A DNA stretch of 64,000 nt from an uncultured Armatimonadetes bacterium (GTDB lineage Bacteria; Armatimonadota; Hebobacteria; Hebobacterales; Hebobacteraceae): NCBI GenBank assembly GCA_963716175.1, contig OY970296.1, positions 1,984,001-2,048,000 on the forward strand. Reading direction: 5' to 3'. The notes under the pieces were generated by a model. It did no database searches. It was not told the DNA's origin and saw only the letters and a program-made list of their open reading frames with translations. Below are positions 1-10,988 of this stretch, in pieces (the first letter of the stretch is position 1; each line of letters opens with the position of its first letter). The translations under genes were made by a program, and so were the position numbers.

Positions 1-1
1 C

Positions 2-304
2 AGTAAACACCTAACCTATGTCGCCCTCCGCAACGGCCGTAGGTTCGTTGTTAGCGACGGACGAGCCGGCGGCGGCTATGAGCGCATCGTGGGGCCGGTT
101 TTCGGTCCTGACAGCACACATGTGGTGTACGGTGCTGTGACCGGGACAAGCGGGGTCCTCGTGGCGGACGGAGCGGAGATGCCCGCGCGGTATTCCGACT
201 TCCCAAACGCTCGCATCGCCTTCGACACCGCGAACCGCTTTCACGCCGTGGCTCGCAGAGGCAACGATCTTCTGCGCGTCGAGGTGGCAGTCGCTCCGCG
301 ATGA
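2..304 (+). CDS. 3' part of a PD40/TolB-like beta-propeller protein (runs off the window start)
   Basis: Frame is open from base 2 (SKHLTYVALRNGRRFVVSDG...VFGPDSTHVVY...) to TGA at 304; PD40-like FGPDS..VY motif. Confidence 0.55.
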   Translation, partial: SKHLTYVALRNGRRFVVSDGRAGGGYERIVGPVFGPDSTHVVYGAVTGTSGVLVADGAEMPARYSDFPNARIAFDTANRFHAVARRGNDLLRVEVAVAPR

Positions 305-373
305 TGTGCCTTCATCCTCTTCTTTGAGGGAGGCTTCTCCCGAACTCTTGGTGTACAGGAGAGGTGCTGATGG
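296..373 (+). repeat. Duplicated intergenic leader, copy 1
   Basis: CCGCGATGAyGTGCCTTCrTCCTCTTC..GAGGGAGGCTTCTCyCGArCTCTTGGT..ACAGGA..GCTGATG recurs at 3174-3257. Confidence 0.85.
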
Positions 374-3182
374 AGGTTACACCGAGTCTGGCCGGTCTCT
401 GGGCGGTGGTGCGGTGGCTTTGGGCCCCGCGCACCATCGCGATGGGTCCCGTGTTGCTGGTGACCCTCACTGCACTGGTCGGCAGAGCGGTGCCGACAGG
501 AACCAGCCTGCGGGCGAGCGTGGCCGGCGGTGCCCAAAGCGCCCCGTGGCGTAGCTATGGCCCGCCACTGCCACTGGGTATGCCATCGGGTCACCGGCGC
601 AACCAGGGCGAGAGTTACGCGCCCTCCCTCAGCGCCGACGGGCGCTATGTCGCGTTCGCCTCGTCTGCCAGCGACCTGGTAGGTGGTGACACGAACGGCG
701 CGAGCGACATCTTCGTGTACGACCGGCGGAGGGGAACGACGGAGCGGGTGAGCGTGGCCAGCGACGGCACGCAGGGAGACTTCGATCCGCCGCATACCGT
801 CCGCGACGCCGGCTACGGCAGCTGGGCTCCCTCCATTAGTGCCAACGGCCGGTACGTGGCCTTCGCCTCGGATGCCAGCAACCTGGTGAGCGATGACACG
901 AACGACCGCGGGGCATCTTCGTGCATGACCGGCGGACCGGGCGAACGGAGCGGGTGAGCGTGGCCAGCGACGGCCGGGAGGCGAACGGGGACAGCTACCA
1001 CCCCGCGATCAGCGGCGATGGGCGGTACGTGGCGTTCGCGTCGAGGGCCGGCAACCTCGTCGCGAATGACGCTGGCGGGTGGGACGTCTTTGTGCATGAC
1101 CGGCGAACTGGGCGGACAGAGCAGGTGAGCGAGGCCAGCCCTGGCAGGCCGGGCGACGGCAACTTCCCCGCGATCAGCGCCGACGGACGGTACGTCGCGT
1201 TCACCTCAGGCGCGGACAATCTCGTTAAGGGTGACACGAACGGCCGCCGGGACATCTTCGTGCACGATCGGCGGACCGGGCGAACGGAGCGGGTGAGCGT
1301 GGCCAGCGGCGGCAGACAGGCCAGTGCGAACTACCAGTGGTCATTCGTCAGCGCTGGCGGTGACGAGTTCCCGAACATATCGTACACCAGCGACAATGTG
1401 CGGCCCGCCATCAGCGCCCACGGGCGGTATGTGGCGTTCGTGTCGGACGCCAGCGACCTCGTCACGGATGACAGGAATGGCAAGGAGGATGTCTTCGTGC
1501 ATGACCGGCGGACCCGGAGGACGCAGCGGATGCGCGCCTTCGTTGACGGCGGGGAGGGCGAGGCCCGCAACTACTCACCCTCGCTCAGCGCCGACGGGCG
1601 GTATGTTGCCTTCCAGTCGAGAGCCGTAAAGCTAGAGGGAGCCTCCCGCGGGCTATACGGGGATATCTTCGTGCACGACCGGCGGACCGGAAAAACGACG
1701 CGGGTGAGCGTGACCAGCGACGGCACACGGAGGGACCACGGCGACAACTACTGCCCTTCCCTGAGCCGCGACGGGCGCTCTGTTGCGTTTGGCTCATCCG
1801 GCCCGGGCGACTTCCTGGCCGTCGACACCATCGGCTACGGGGACATCCTGGTGTACGATGGGCGGACGCGAAAGGCAGAGCCGGTGCCTACGGGCAAACC
1901 GGGCCGCCCTGGTCGGCTCTATCCCGGCCGCGAGAGCTATCACCCCTCCCTGAGCGGGAATGGGCGGTACGTTGCCTTCGTCTCGTCTGCCAGCAGCCTC
2001 GTGGCTGGAGACACCAACGGACGGCAGGACATCTTCGTACGGGACCGGCAGACCAAGGAGACGGAACGGGTAAGTGTGGCCACCGACGGCAGGCAGGGGA
2101 ACGGCAGCAGCGACTCCCCCTCCGTGAGCGCCGACGGCCGGTATGTCGTGTTTGACTCCTATGCGAGCAGCCTGGCACCCGGCGACAGCAACGGGGTGAG
2201 GGACGTCTTCGTGCGCGACCGGCAGACGGGGAAGACGGAGCGGGTGAGCCTGGCCAGCGACGGCGCCCCAGGCAACGGTGCGAGCCATCGCCCGGCCCTC
2301 AGCGCCGACGGCCGGTACGTTGCGTTCGCCTCTGCGGCCACCAACCTCATAGAGCATGACACGAACGGCCGGGAGGACATCTTCGTGCACGACCGGCAGA
2401 CGGCAAAGACGACGCGGGTGAGCATCACCAGCGACGGTGCACGGGTCGAATACGGCGATAGCTACTCCCCCTCCCTAAGCGCCGACGGGCGGTGCATTGC
2501 GTTCGGTTCGGATGCCCGTGGGCTGGTAGCCACCTACACCGGCAACTGGGGGAACATCTAGATCCACGACCAGCAGACCGGACGCACCGAGCTGATCAGC
2601 GTATCCAGCACGCGTAACATCGGCGGACAAGGGGGGGACACCCCCTGCCTCAGCGCCGACGGGCAGTGCGTGGCCTTCGCCTCCTTTGCGAGGGAACTCG
2701 TGCCCGAGGACAGGAACTTGGCCCGCGATGTCTTCGTGCGAGACCGGCAGCACAGACAGACGCAGCGAGTGAGTGTAGCCAGCACCGGCGCGGAGTCCAA
2801 CGCGGACAGCTACTCCCCCGCCCTCAGTGGGGACGGGAGGTACGTCGCGTTCGTCTCATCAGCGAGCAACCTTGCCGTTGGCGATGGACGTGGAAGACGA
2901 GGCGTCTTCGTACACGACCGGCAGAGCGGACGGACGGAGCGAATCGGCGTCCCCGGCGACAGCGCGAAGAGCGACGCCGAGAGCTACCACCCCTGTCTCA
3001 GTGCCGATGGGCAGTACGTCGCATTCACGGCGAGAAGCCGCGCTCCTGGGAGCGGCGCCGCGAAGGCCGCGAGCGATGTCTTCGTACGCGATCGGTGGAC
3101 GGGCAAGACTGAGCGCGTAAGCGTCGCCAGCGACGGCCCAGCCTTGGCCGCCTGTGTACCGGCTGCGGTCGGGCCGCGATGA
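364..3182 (+). pseudogene. TolB/PD40-repeat beta-propeller protein, frameshift near 914 and in-frame TAG at 2559-2561
   Basis: Many PSLSADGRYVAF..LV.GDTNG..DIFVHDR..TERVSV repeats continue across ORFs 364-957, 921-2561 and 2670-3182 (the last two are in the same frame). Confidence 0.85.
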
Positions 3183-3257
3183 CGTGCCTTCGTCCTCTTC
3201 GAGGGAGGCTTCTCTCGAGCTCTTGGTACACAGGAAGGAGGGCGGCGATGCTGATGG
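3174..3257 (+). repeat. Duplicated intergenic leader, copy 2
   Basis: Near-identical to 296-373. Confidence 0.85.
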
Positions 3258-5479
3258 CACGAGGTGTGGCTGATCTGCGAGTCAACGCGCGGCGATTCCG
3301 GTTGCCCGCGCGCCTCACCCTCCCTTCTGTCGTGATGGTGGCAGTTACTGTGCTGACGGGATTCACCACGCGCGAGAGCGTCGCCGGCGATGGCGCGCAG
3401 GGCAGGGGGAGCAGCTTCCATCCCTTCCTCAGCGGTGACGGGCGGTATGTCGCTTTCGAGTCAGGTGTCAGCCACCCTCCCCGCGCCGGCCGTGTACACA
3501 GCGCGACCGGCGTCTTTGTGCGCGACCTACGGACTGGGACGACGGAACTGGCGAGCACTGCCACCGATGGGAGCCCGTTCCGCGAGCCCTGCGGTGCTGA
3601 AGGCATCAGCGCGGACGGGCGCTACGTTCTGTTCTACCGCGATCCCATTGGCCTCTTCGTGCGCGACCGGCAGGCCAGCAGGACGGAGCGGGTGACCGAC
3701 AGCAGCTACTTCGGCGTCCTGAGCGTCGACGGACGGTACGTCGCGTTCATCTCGGATGCCAGCGACCTCGTGGCCGGTGACACGAACGGTGTGATGGACA
3801 TCTTCGTGCATGACCGGCGGACCGGCAAGACCGAGCGGGTAAGCGTTGCCAGCGATGGGACGCAAGGAAACTCGGGAAGTGACTCCCCGTCTCTGAGCGC
3901 TGACGGGCGGTACGTCGCATTCGAGTCGGAGGCCAGCGACCTCGTGGCCGGCAGCACAAACGGCAGGGGTGGCGTTTTCGTGCATGACCGGAGGACCGGG
4001 AAGACCGAGCGGGTGAGCGAGGGCACGTACCCTTGCCTCAGCGCCGACGGCCGGTACGCTGCGTTCGTGTCAGGGGCAAGCGATCTTGTGCCTGGCGACA
4101 CCAACGGCGTGAACGATATCTTTGTGCGCGATCGGCGGACTGGGAAGATGGAGCGGGTGAGCGTGGCCAGCGACGGTACGCTGGCCGACAGGGGCGGGTT
4201 CGTTCCTCGCGAGGGATTTCTGGGCAGCCTCAGTCCTGCCCTCAGCGCCGACGGCCGGTACGTTGCCTTCACTTCGCATGCGACCAACCTCGTGCCCGGC
4301 GACACGAACGGCGCGACCGACATCTTCGTGCACGACCGGTGGACAAGGAAGACGGAGCGAGTGAGCGTGGCCAGCGATGGCGCGCAGGCCAACGGCTCGA
4401 GCAGCGACCGCGAGCGTCCAGCCATCAGCGCCAACGGGCGTTACGTTGCGTTCACCTCTTACGCCAGCAACCTTGTGCCCAGCGACACAAACGGCCAGGG
4501 CGACGTCTTCGTACACGACCGGCGGACTGGAAAGACGGAGCGGGTGAGCCTGTTCCGCGATGAGAGCATCGTCGAGGCCTGGCACCGCGGCGGCTTCAGT
4601 AGTCCCGTCTCGCTGTCTGTCTACCCCGTAGATGGATCCTGCTGGGTGACTGACCCGGCCGCCGCGCGAGTGATCCACCTCGCCATGAGCGGGGAGACCC
4701 TGTGGAGTGGCGGGGACTTCCGTTCCCCCTGCTCGGCGTCCGTCAACTCGCAGGATGGCTCCTGCTAGATCGCTGATTCCCAGGGCAAGCAAGTCGCGCG
4801 CCTCGCCGCAGACGGTTCGGAGGTGTGGCGGAAGGAGGGTCTCACAGCCCCTTCTTCGGTCACGGTCAACCACGACGACGGCTCCTGCTGGGTGACCGAC
4901 GCGGGCGCGCTCATCCACCTGTCCGCGGACGGCACGGAACTCTCGCGAGCACCCGCGTTCGCGACGGGCTCTGCCGTCAACCCGATGGATGGGTCTTCTT
5001 GGGCAAGTGACTGGTCAGACCCAGAGAAAGCGGACAGGCCGGCACATGAGGTGCACTCCGCGCTGGTCCACCTGTCCGCGGATGGCCGGCAGCTCTGGCG
5101 CCTGCCGGCTCAAGGCTGGTATGCCGGCTTCGAGGCCACTGCAGTCAACCCCGTGGACGGGTCGTGCTGGGTCGCTTGGGTTGAACGACGCCACGATGTG
5201 GGGCGGTACGACAGCAAGGTGATCCACTTCGCGGCTGACGGAAGACAGCTCTGGGAGGCCACTGGGTTCGAGCCTGAAATGCGTCTCGCCGCGTCGCTCT
5301 ATGATGGCTCCTGTTGGGTCACGAGCGGGAACCGGCTGACCCACCTCGCTGCGGATGGCAGGGAGCTCTCGCGAGCCCCCGCCGCGGGCGACGAGATCGT
5401 TGCTCCCAACCTAGCGGACAACTCCGTCTGGGTGGCACGGCCCAGCGGCGGCGTGGTACTGCGGCTCTTGGTCTACTGA
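3248..5479 (+). pseudogene. TolB/PD40-repeat protein with a second C-terminal propeller (DGSCWV repeats), in-frame TAG at 4766-4768
   Basis: ORFs 3179-4768 and 4823-5479 are in the same frame; the stop falls at the W of a DGSCW repeat (TGG>TAG). Confidence 0.8.
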
Positions 5480-5535
5480 ATCGCCCGCGGGCGAAGGCTC
5501 CACTGCTCGCCGCGGTGGATCACGTCAGGCATCAC

Positions 5536-5651
5536 ACGAGGGAGTGCGTTTCGGGATCGCATATCCTAAGCAAACGTTACTCAGGATCGAACCCTCGGAC
5601 CTCGTCCACATCTGGAGACGGTTAGATCCCGGGTAGCGCTTCCTCCACCAT
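5536..5651 (+). repeat. 88-bp perfect direct repeat (5564-5651) with looser 5' extension, copy 1; possible att site or ncRNA
   Basis: Identical to 49044-49131; palindromic; ends ...CTTCCTCCACCA. Confidence 0.9.
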
Positions 5652-5686
5652 GCCTCTCGTTTCGAACCGTCTCTCTCCGGTCAGCG

Positions 5687-5711
5687 GCCGCCTCCGCAAG
5701 GGGCGGTTTTT
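5687..5711 (+). terminator. Probable intrinsic terminator
   Basis: GCCGCCTCC-GCAA-GGGGCGG hairpin followed by TTTTT. Confidence 0.65.
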
Positions 5712-5855
5712 GTCGTGTAATTCCCTGTCTTTTCGGCGTTTCTACACGCCCCAAACATGTGGACGAGCGGCACCCTTTCAGACGCCAATGCCAAACGTTC
5801 GAGTGGCGGGCGGGCATGGATGCCAGTCTGACCCCAAAGAAGGGACGCATCGGGC

Positions 5856-5925
5856 TGACGACACCGCCCACCCCCGACTCCGGCTACCCCCTCGGCTGGG
5901 AGTCACTGCTCGGGGTTCCGTCGCG
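5856..5925 (+). repeat. Cassette-boundary palindromic repeat R1
   Basis: CCCCCGACTCCGGCTACCCCCTCGGCTGGGAGTCACTGCTCGGGGTTCCGTCGCG. Confidence 0.9.
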
Positions 5926-6139
5926 TACCGTCGAGCGACGGCTCTTCTCGGACACGCGGGTCACCGCGTTTCGGTTGGCGGCGTGGTGTCAGGCCGGCTC
6001 CACAGGCGTCTGACAGGGACACAATGGCCATGCAGGCCGAGAAGCCCCGTTCTCGGCCTACTTAGGCCTGCACCACGTGGGGTTGGCAAGTACGCGCGGG
6101 TTCAAGTATCCCCTGCAGAACCAGATGCTGCGTTCACGC

Positions 6140-8329
6140 TCAGGAGACAGGCACGAAGTGGGTCCAGACCAGCTTGACCGCGATCCGGGCCTGCGTGGAG
6201 GCTGCGTTGGGGTCTCCCAGGATGAGGAAGATATCGCGCCCGTGCGCAACTCGCTGGCGGTAGGCGGCGTAGAGGTTGATCTTGCCGACCTGGGCATTCG
6301 GCGACGCGCCACTGAGCTCGCGGGGAAGCTGCTCGGCCTCGTAGTAGACCTGCGGCAGCCAGAAGTTAGAGTTCCCTCTCCGGTATACGGCCCGCGCGGT
6401 GATGCTCTTCTCGTCGGACAGATCGTAGGTCGCGGTCAACAGCGCCTGGACGCCGCGGAGATCTTCTGCTGGCTGCTTCGCCTCCAGCCGCACTTGCTCA
6501 AGCCGGACTTGCCAGGAAAAATCCTGCGTCGGCCGGTAGCCTTGTGATAGCTGCAGGAACCGGTATGGTCCACCCAATCGTGCCCCAAGCGTTCCGTCGA
6601 AAGAGCCCCGGGTGTAGAAGTCCTTGTTGTGCCATTCACGATCGAAGTTGAAGCTTCTCTCTGCGAACCCGGCCCGCTCCCCCGTGCCCAGACTCCAGTG
6701 CCACGAAGTGTCGTTTCTCCAATGCAGGTTGTACCCTCCGCTAACATCCCAGCGGGGGCCAGCAGGGTCATCAAAGACACTGCCGTCGACATCCCACCCC
6801 CGAAGTTCTACTGGCCCGGTGTCGGGGAGTCGGTGCATGTTCAGCGACAGGCCGCCACCTCTGATCCCGGTCTCCGGCACATAGCCTACCCCCACCTCAC
6901 GCCGAACTGGGCCCGACTCGGTCTCCTCGGTGACGGTCTGGAAGCTCCTACCAATCTCCTGGTACCATCCCCACCACCCAAGACCGTTCGGCCGGTCGCG
7001 CCCGGCGTCGATGGTCAGGGCGCGCCCGTCGCCACTGGGGCCCTCGGTGTTCCCCTGGAAAACGCTCGCGGCGAGGGAAGCGGACCCGTCGGGCTTTGGC
7101 CAGGTCCATTCTGTCCCGACGTGCATGGCCACGTTGTCTAGGCCCGCGGGCTCGCGATGGTTGACCAGGCCGACTCGCACCTTTCCGCGGTCACCTAGGT
7201 CGTATCCATAGGCCGCCACAAGGTCGTTGGTTCGGTCGGGCTCCAGTGCGTCCAGTAGGCCGACGCTGTGTCGGCCTAGTTTCCCGAAGGTCTTGGCCCC
7301 CAGGTTCACCAGGGCAATACGGCGGCTGTAGAAGATCATCGTGGGCGGGTAGTAGGAGCCAGCGGGCTCGCCCCACTCGGTCTTCTGGCCTCCGCCTTCC
7401 ATGAAGAAGGGCCGGTACTCGGGGAACTCCCGCTCAGTGTAGGTGAAGTCAATGCTCTCCACCACGTCTTCGATGTTGCGGAAGTCCGGCTTGTAGCTGA
7501 GCACCGAGACCAGACCGTTGGGCATCACGTACTTGGTGTCGAGTCCGCCCGAAACCGCCTTGTCCTCGCTGCTGCCGCCAAGGTCGGCCACAAGGTATGG
7601 CATCAGGATGAGTGGTGGGCTGATGGCGGGAGCCGCTATGCCCACCCAGTCTGCATCCCGAGTCAAGTCCAGCGTCTCGCCGCCCTGACCGAGGTCGGGC
7701 CAGCTGCTCCAATCTGACATCCGCGCCAGGTAACGCGCGAAGTGCACCCCGAACGTCTTCTGCCCAGTCGGGTAACGCAGGATGCCGAAGGGGATGGCCA
7801 TCTCCGCGGTCCAGCCATCGGGGACGATCCGTGCCGCGCCGGTCCAGTCTCCTCGCCACTCGTACTTCTCAGCGGACCCGCCAGGGATCTCCTCTCGCTG
7901 CGTGCCTCGAGGAGTTAGCTGGAACGAGTAGGTGGTTCGGTGGTCGTGGCCGACATCCAGCGAGAGCAGAACTGAATCATCCTTGCTGATGTCGCCATTG
8001 CGCTTCCGCTGGAGTGCGTGAATCTGTTGGGGATGGGAGTCATGGCAGTAGAAGGCCGCGTAGACGTTCCGGGAGTCGTAGCAGATCCAAGCCTCAGTTC
8101 GCTCGAATCCCCGCCCTCGTTTCGTCATACGTGAGAAGCCTTCGACGTGGGTGGCCTGCTGCCAGCAGGGGTCATCCAGAGCGCCGTCAATCACGGGCAT
8201 CCTGTCAATGGCTACGGCCTCCGACCGAGGTGGGCCTTCACCCTCGGCCCAGGCCCCGCTTGACATGAGCGCAGCCACCATCGCTGTCAGGAACGCGACG
8301 ATGCAGCGCAATGACCTCATGACCGGCAT
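6140..8329 (-). CDS. Secreted CBM9-like / DUF5916-type protein
   Basis: Signal peptide; PVIDGALDDPCWQQA, GWTAEMAIPF and YKPDFRNIE...EYRPFFMEG motifs; C-terminal barrel-like region. Confidence 0.75.
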   Translation of the reverse strand: MPVMRSLRCIVAFLTAMVAALMSSGAWAEGEGPPRSEAVAIDRMPVIDGALDDPCWQQATHVEGFSRMTKRGRGFERTEAWICYDSRNVYAAFYCHDSHPQQIHALQRKRNGDISKDDSVLLSLDVGHDHRTTYSFQLTPRGTQREEIPGGSAEKYEWRGDWTGAARIVPDGWTAEMAIPFGILRYPTGQKTFGVHFARYLARMSDWSSWPDLGQGGETLDLTRDADWVGIAAPAISPPLILMPYLVADLGGSSEDKAVSGGLDTKYVMPNGLVSVLSYKPDFRNIEDVVESIDFTYTEREFPEYRPFFMEGGGQKTEWGEPAGSYYPPTMIFYSRRIALVNLGAKTFGKLGRHSVGLLDALEPDRTNDLVAAYGYDLGDRGKVRVGLVNHREPAGLDNVAMHVGTEWTWPKPDGSASLAASVFQGNTEGPSGDGRALTIDAGRDRPNGLGWWGWYQEIGRSFQTVTEETESGPVRREVGVGYVPETGIRGGGLSLNMHRLPDTGPVELRGWDVDGSVFDDPAGPRWDVSGGYNLHWRNDTSWHWSLGTGERAGFAERSFNFDREWHNKDFYTRGSFDGTLGARLGGPYRFLQLSQGYRPTQDFSWQVRLEQVRLEAKQPAEDLRGVQALLTATYDLSDEKSITARAVYRRGNSNFWLPQVYYEAEQLPRELSGASPNAQVGKINLYAAYRQRVAHGRDIFLILGDPNAASTQARIAVKLVWTHFVPVS

Positions 8330-8481
8330 GGAGCATCCTCGCCCAGAAGGAGTGGAGTGCCAGCACCAGGCGAGTTGTAGGCGCGTTCCCCTCCATCCGC
8401 CCTCTCGCCCGCTAGTTTCTTCCTCTCGGGCGCATCTGTATCCTTTCGAAGCGCGACCCGACACACTGCCGTCGGAGGTCG

Positions 8482-8526
8482 CGGCTGCCCCCTCGGCTGG
8501 GAGTCAGTGTCTGGGGTTCCGTCGCG
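8482..8526 (+). repeat. Repeat R2 (left arm missing; tail to about 8660 is shared with R10 and partly with R6)
   Basis: CGGCTGCCCCCTCGGCTGGGAGTCAGTGTCTGGGGTTCCGTCGCG. Confidence 0.85.
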
Positions 8527-8763
8527 GATGAGGACAGCAGCCGCGCCACGGTGGCGATCACAGGCAGCCCCAGCCAGCCCAAGCGCCACCCGGCATCCTT
8601 CTCCGCCCTCCGCGCTCCCCAGAACAGGGGTGTCAGCGACTGGAGAGAATACCGCTACTGAGGCTGCAGCACTGCCTTGGGATGCAAATAAGTTGCTGGA
8701 CACCGCGGGATGCAGGACGCTCCCAGGCGCGGGCGGAGCTGAGGCAGGGGAGGACCGCCGCAG

Positions 8764-10572
8764 ATGAGTTTCGCCTTAGGTCACAGGTCGCACCGATGGA
8801 TCGTCGCTTCGATCCTGGCGTTGTTCGCAGGCGCCGCCGTCGTCTGGGCGCAGCGCGCGCATGTCGATGAGGGCCCACCTGCGCCTGCCGAACTCAGCAA
8901 TCAAGCGTCAGTTAGATTATGGGATACGGTTGCGCCGCTGCAGAGCCAGATCGGCCTGACGCGTCGAGAGAGATGGCGCGCCGTCACGGCCGGTGCGCCG
9001 GGCCGCCTGCAGGGCGACCTCGTGGTAGAAACTAACACGCTGGCGGCCGCCTTCCCCTCGCGACTGGGGAAGGTAGTGGTGTGCGCGCTGGGAGAGCCGA
9101 CCCGCAGCAGAGTGGAACTGGTCCCCTCCGAGTTGCGCGGGAAGCAGACGATCCTCGAGTCCACGAAGATCACCCGGCCGTCAGCCGGCGTGGTGATGGT
9201 GCACGCGGGCTTCGCGGCGCCGGAAGCGAAGAGCCTGCCCATCGCGTTCTCCTTCACCGGCAATCGCATTCTCGCGGTCACTCCAGAGGGAGGCACGCGC
9301 GGGATCAGTGTCATCGCGCCCATTGACCTGGCACTGGTGCCGAGCTTCGTCGGGGATGACCTCATCTACGACCCCCGGGACTACCCCTCGGCCAAGGCAC
9401 TGTCGGTGCCCTCCGAGCATCTGTTACTCGGGCTCCTGAAGGGCGAACGCAGCATGTTCATAGTGACCTGGCAAGATGACAGGCCGCCGGTCAACTTGGC
9501 ACTGAGCGATCCCGGCGGTAACGCGAGCATCCAGGCGGCTGACTTCATGGGTGGCGGTGGCCTGTCGCTGGCCGTGCTGAATGCTCGCGGCATCTGGCAC
9601 TGGGAACCGCTGAAGCCTTCCTATCTCGAGCGGGATGTCGCCATTCAGTGGAAGCCGCCGTACCCTGCCATCTGGCTGACGCAGTTGTACGAGGACGAGG
9701 TGAAGACGACCTTCGAGTTCAGGGACGCGCGGGAAGAGGTGTGGCGCGGCGGGGTGGGCTCGTACATCTTCCCCACATGGTTCTCGGGCGGCAAGACGAT
9801 GCTGTCGCTGGGCAAGAGCATCCCGCCGGAGGGCGAGGCCATCATCTACTTCCTGGAAAGAAGCGACGCCACGCCGGAGCAGGCGCTCAGCCCCATCGAC
9901 GTAGTGAAGGCCACGCTGACCGGCGACGTCCTGGACCGCATCCTCGATGTGGAAGCGCGGCCGTCCTGGTATCCGCAGCGCGCTGATCCGGTGCTCGGGG
10001 GTGCCACCTGCGGCGTCACCGACCAGCTCAAGAAGATCTTCGACGAGGGGCAGGAGGTGGAGAAGCAGGCCATCGTCAAGGGCGGAGTGGAGGACATGTA
10101 CTTCTATCTCGAGGGGATGTTCAGGCTCGATGCCCGCTACTACCCCTTCGCCAAGGACATGCTCGCCTACCTGGAGGCGCAGGAGAAGCAGCAGCCGAGC
10201 CTGGCCCCGTACAGCCGCGAGATGCGGGGCATCGCCGAAGAGATCATCACCACCTACGACAACTCGCGAGACACCATCAGGGATATGAGCTACGCCCATG
10301 AGCTTGGCGACAAGACCATCGCGCTGGCTGCCGAGCATCGGCCGGACAACGCGCAGCGCATGGTGGATCTGAAGCAGGACTGGACCGGCATGGGCGGCGC
10401 GCTCGAGGAGCTGGCGCGGAAAGAGCACACGCTGACCAGGAAGCTCTTCCAGCAAGCGGCATACCGCGCCGCCACGAGGCCCGAGGCAATGGCGGTGGCC
10501 GAGGAGATCAGAAGACGGGCCCGGCAATGCATGGAGAAGCCGGGAAGCTATGAGATCTGGGCGAACTACTAG
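8764..10572 (+). CDS. Hypothetical secreted protein
   Basis: 602-aa ORF, signal peptide, GC3-rich codons. Confidence 0.75.
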   Translation: MSFALGHRSHRWIVASILALFAGAAVVWAQRAHVDEGPPAPAELSNQASVRLWDTVAPLQSQIGLTRRERWRAVTAGAPGRLQGDLVVETNTLAAAFPSRLGKVVVCALGEPTRSRVELVPSELRGKQTILESTKITRPSAGVVMVHAGFAAPEAKSLPIAFSFTGNRILAVTPEGGTRGISVIAPIDLALVPSFVGDDLIYDPRDYPSAKALSVPSEHLLLGLLKGERSMFIVTWQDDRPPVNLALSDPGGNASIQAADFMGGGGLSLAVLNARGIWHWEPLKPSYLERDVAIQWKPPYPAIWLTQLYEDEVKTTFEFRDAREEVWRGGVGSYIFPTWFSGGKTMLSLGKSIPPEGEAIIYFLERSDATPEQALSPIDVVKATLTGDVLDRILDVEARPSWYPQRADPVLGGATCGVTDQLKKIFDEGQEVEKQAIVKGGVEDMYFYLEGMFRLDARYYPFAKDMLAYLEAQEKQQPSLAPYSREMRGIAEEIITTYDNSRDTIRDMSYAHELGDKTIALAAEHRPDNAQRMVDLKQDWTGMGGALEELARKEHTLTRKLFQQAAYRAATRPEAMAVAEEIRRRARQCMEKPGSYEIWANY

Positions 10573-10597
10573 TGGTCGGAGAGTCGAAGAGGCGAGA

Positions 10598-10773
10598 AGA
10601 TGCTATGCTATTTGTCAAGCGGCCTGAGGCGCCAGCATGCGTGTCCTGCGACGCCTGGTTTCGCAGTCCGGATCGAACGGGCGGCCCGTCTCCAGGACGG
10701 CGAAGATGATCCGAAGCAGCTTGCTCATGCAAGCGATGATGGCTGCCTTAGGCCGCTTGCCCCCGGCTGTCCA
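10598..10773 (-). mobile_element. IS110-family transposase C-terminal remnant with right end
   Basis: GKRPKAAIIACMSKLLRIIFAVLETGRPFDP, followed on the minus strand by TTGACAAATAGCATAGCATCT, which resembles IS110 ends. Confidence 0.7.
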
Positions 10774-10806
10774 TGTCAACCGCCCTTGAAGCCGGCCTGA
10801 GGGCAC
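10774..10806 (+). repeat. Orphan 5' head of the cassette repeat
   Basis: TGTCAACCGCCCTTGAAGCCGGCCTGAGGGCAC matches the heads of R5, R6, R12 and R14 but has no core. Confidence 0.8.
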
Positions 10807-10988
10807 TCGCAGGCTTGTGTGCCCGATCCTGTTCCTGCATCATCTGAAGCCAGGATTAGGTGACTTCGGGCGCCGCTTTCGCGTTGAGGAGTGGAACCGG
10901 CATGGAGGTCTTCCCTGCATCCGTCGGGCCGGTCTTCCTGTAGCGGCCGAAAGGACAGAGTGCGGCTCATCGCGGAGGACCCATGGAC

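Noticed and set aside
2559-4768. Amber (TAG) recoding or pyrrolysine readthrough
   Set aside because: TAG terminates many intact genes here (10572, 14201, 22869, 30805), and the two internal TAGs fall at different repeat positions
364-5479. Internal DNA repeats as a non-coding repeat system
   Set aside because: Explained by PD40 beta-propeller blade repeats in the encoded proteins
5564-5651. Functional tRNA or tmRNA gene
   Set aside because: No cloverleaf with a matching acceptor stem could be formed; only T-loop and CCA-like motifs are present
9424-10527. Long antisense or alternate-frame ORFs (also 43983-45575, 57619-59133, 59458-60972 and others)
   Set aside because: Shadow ORFs of high-GC genes; they overlap better-supported CDSs and have no recognisable motifs
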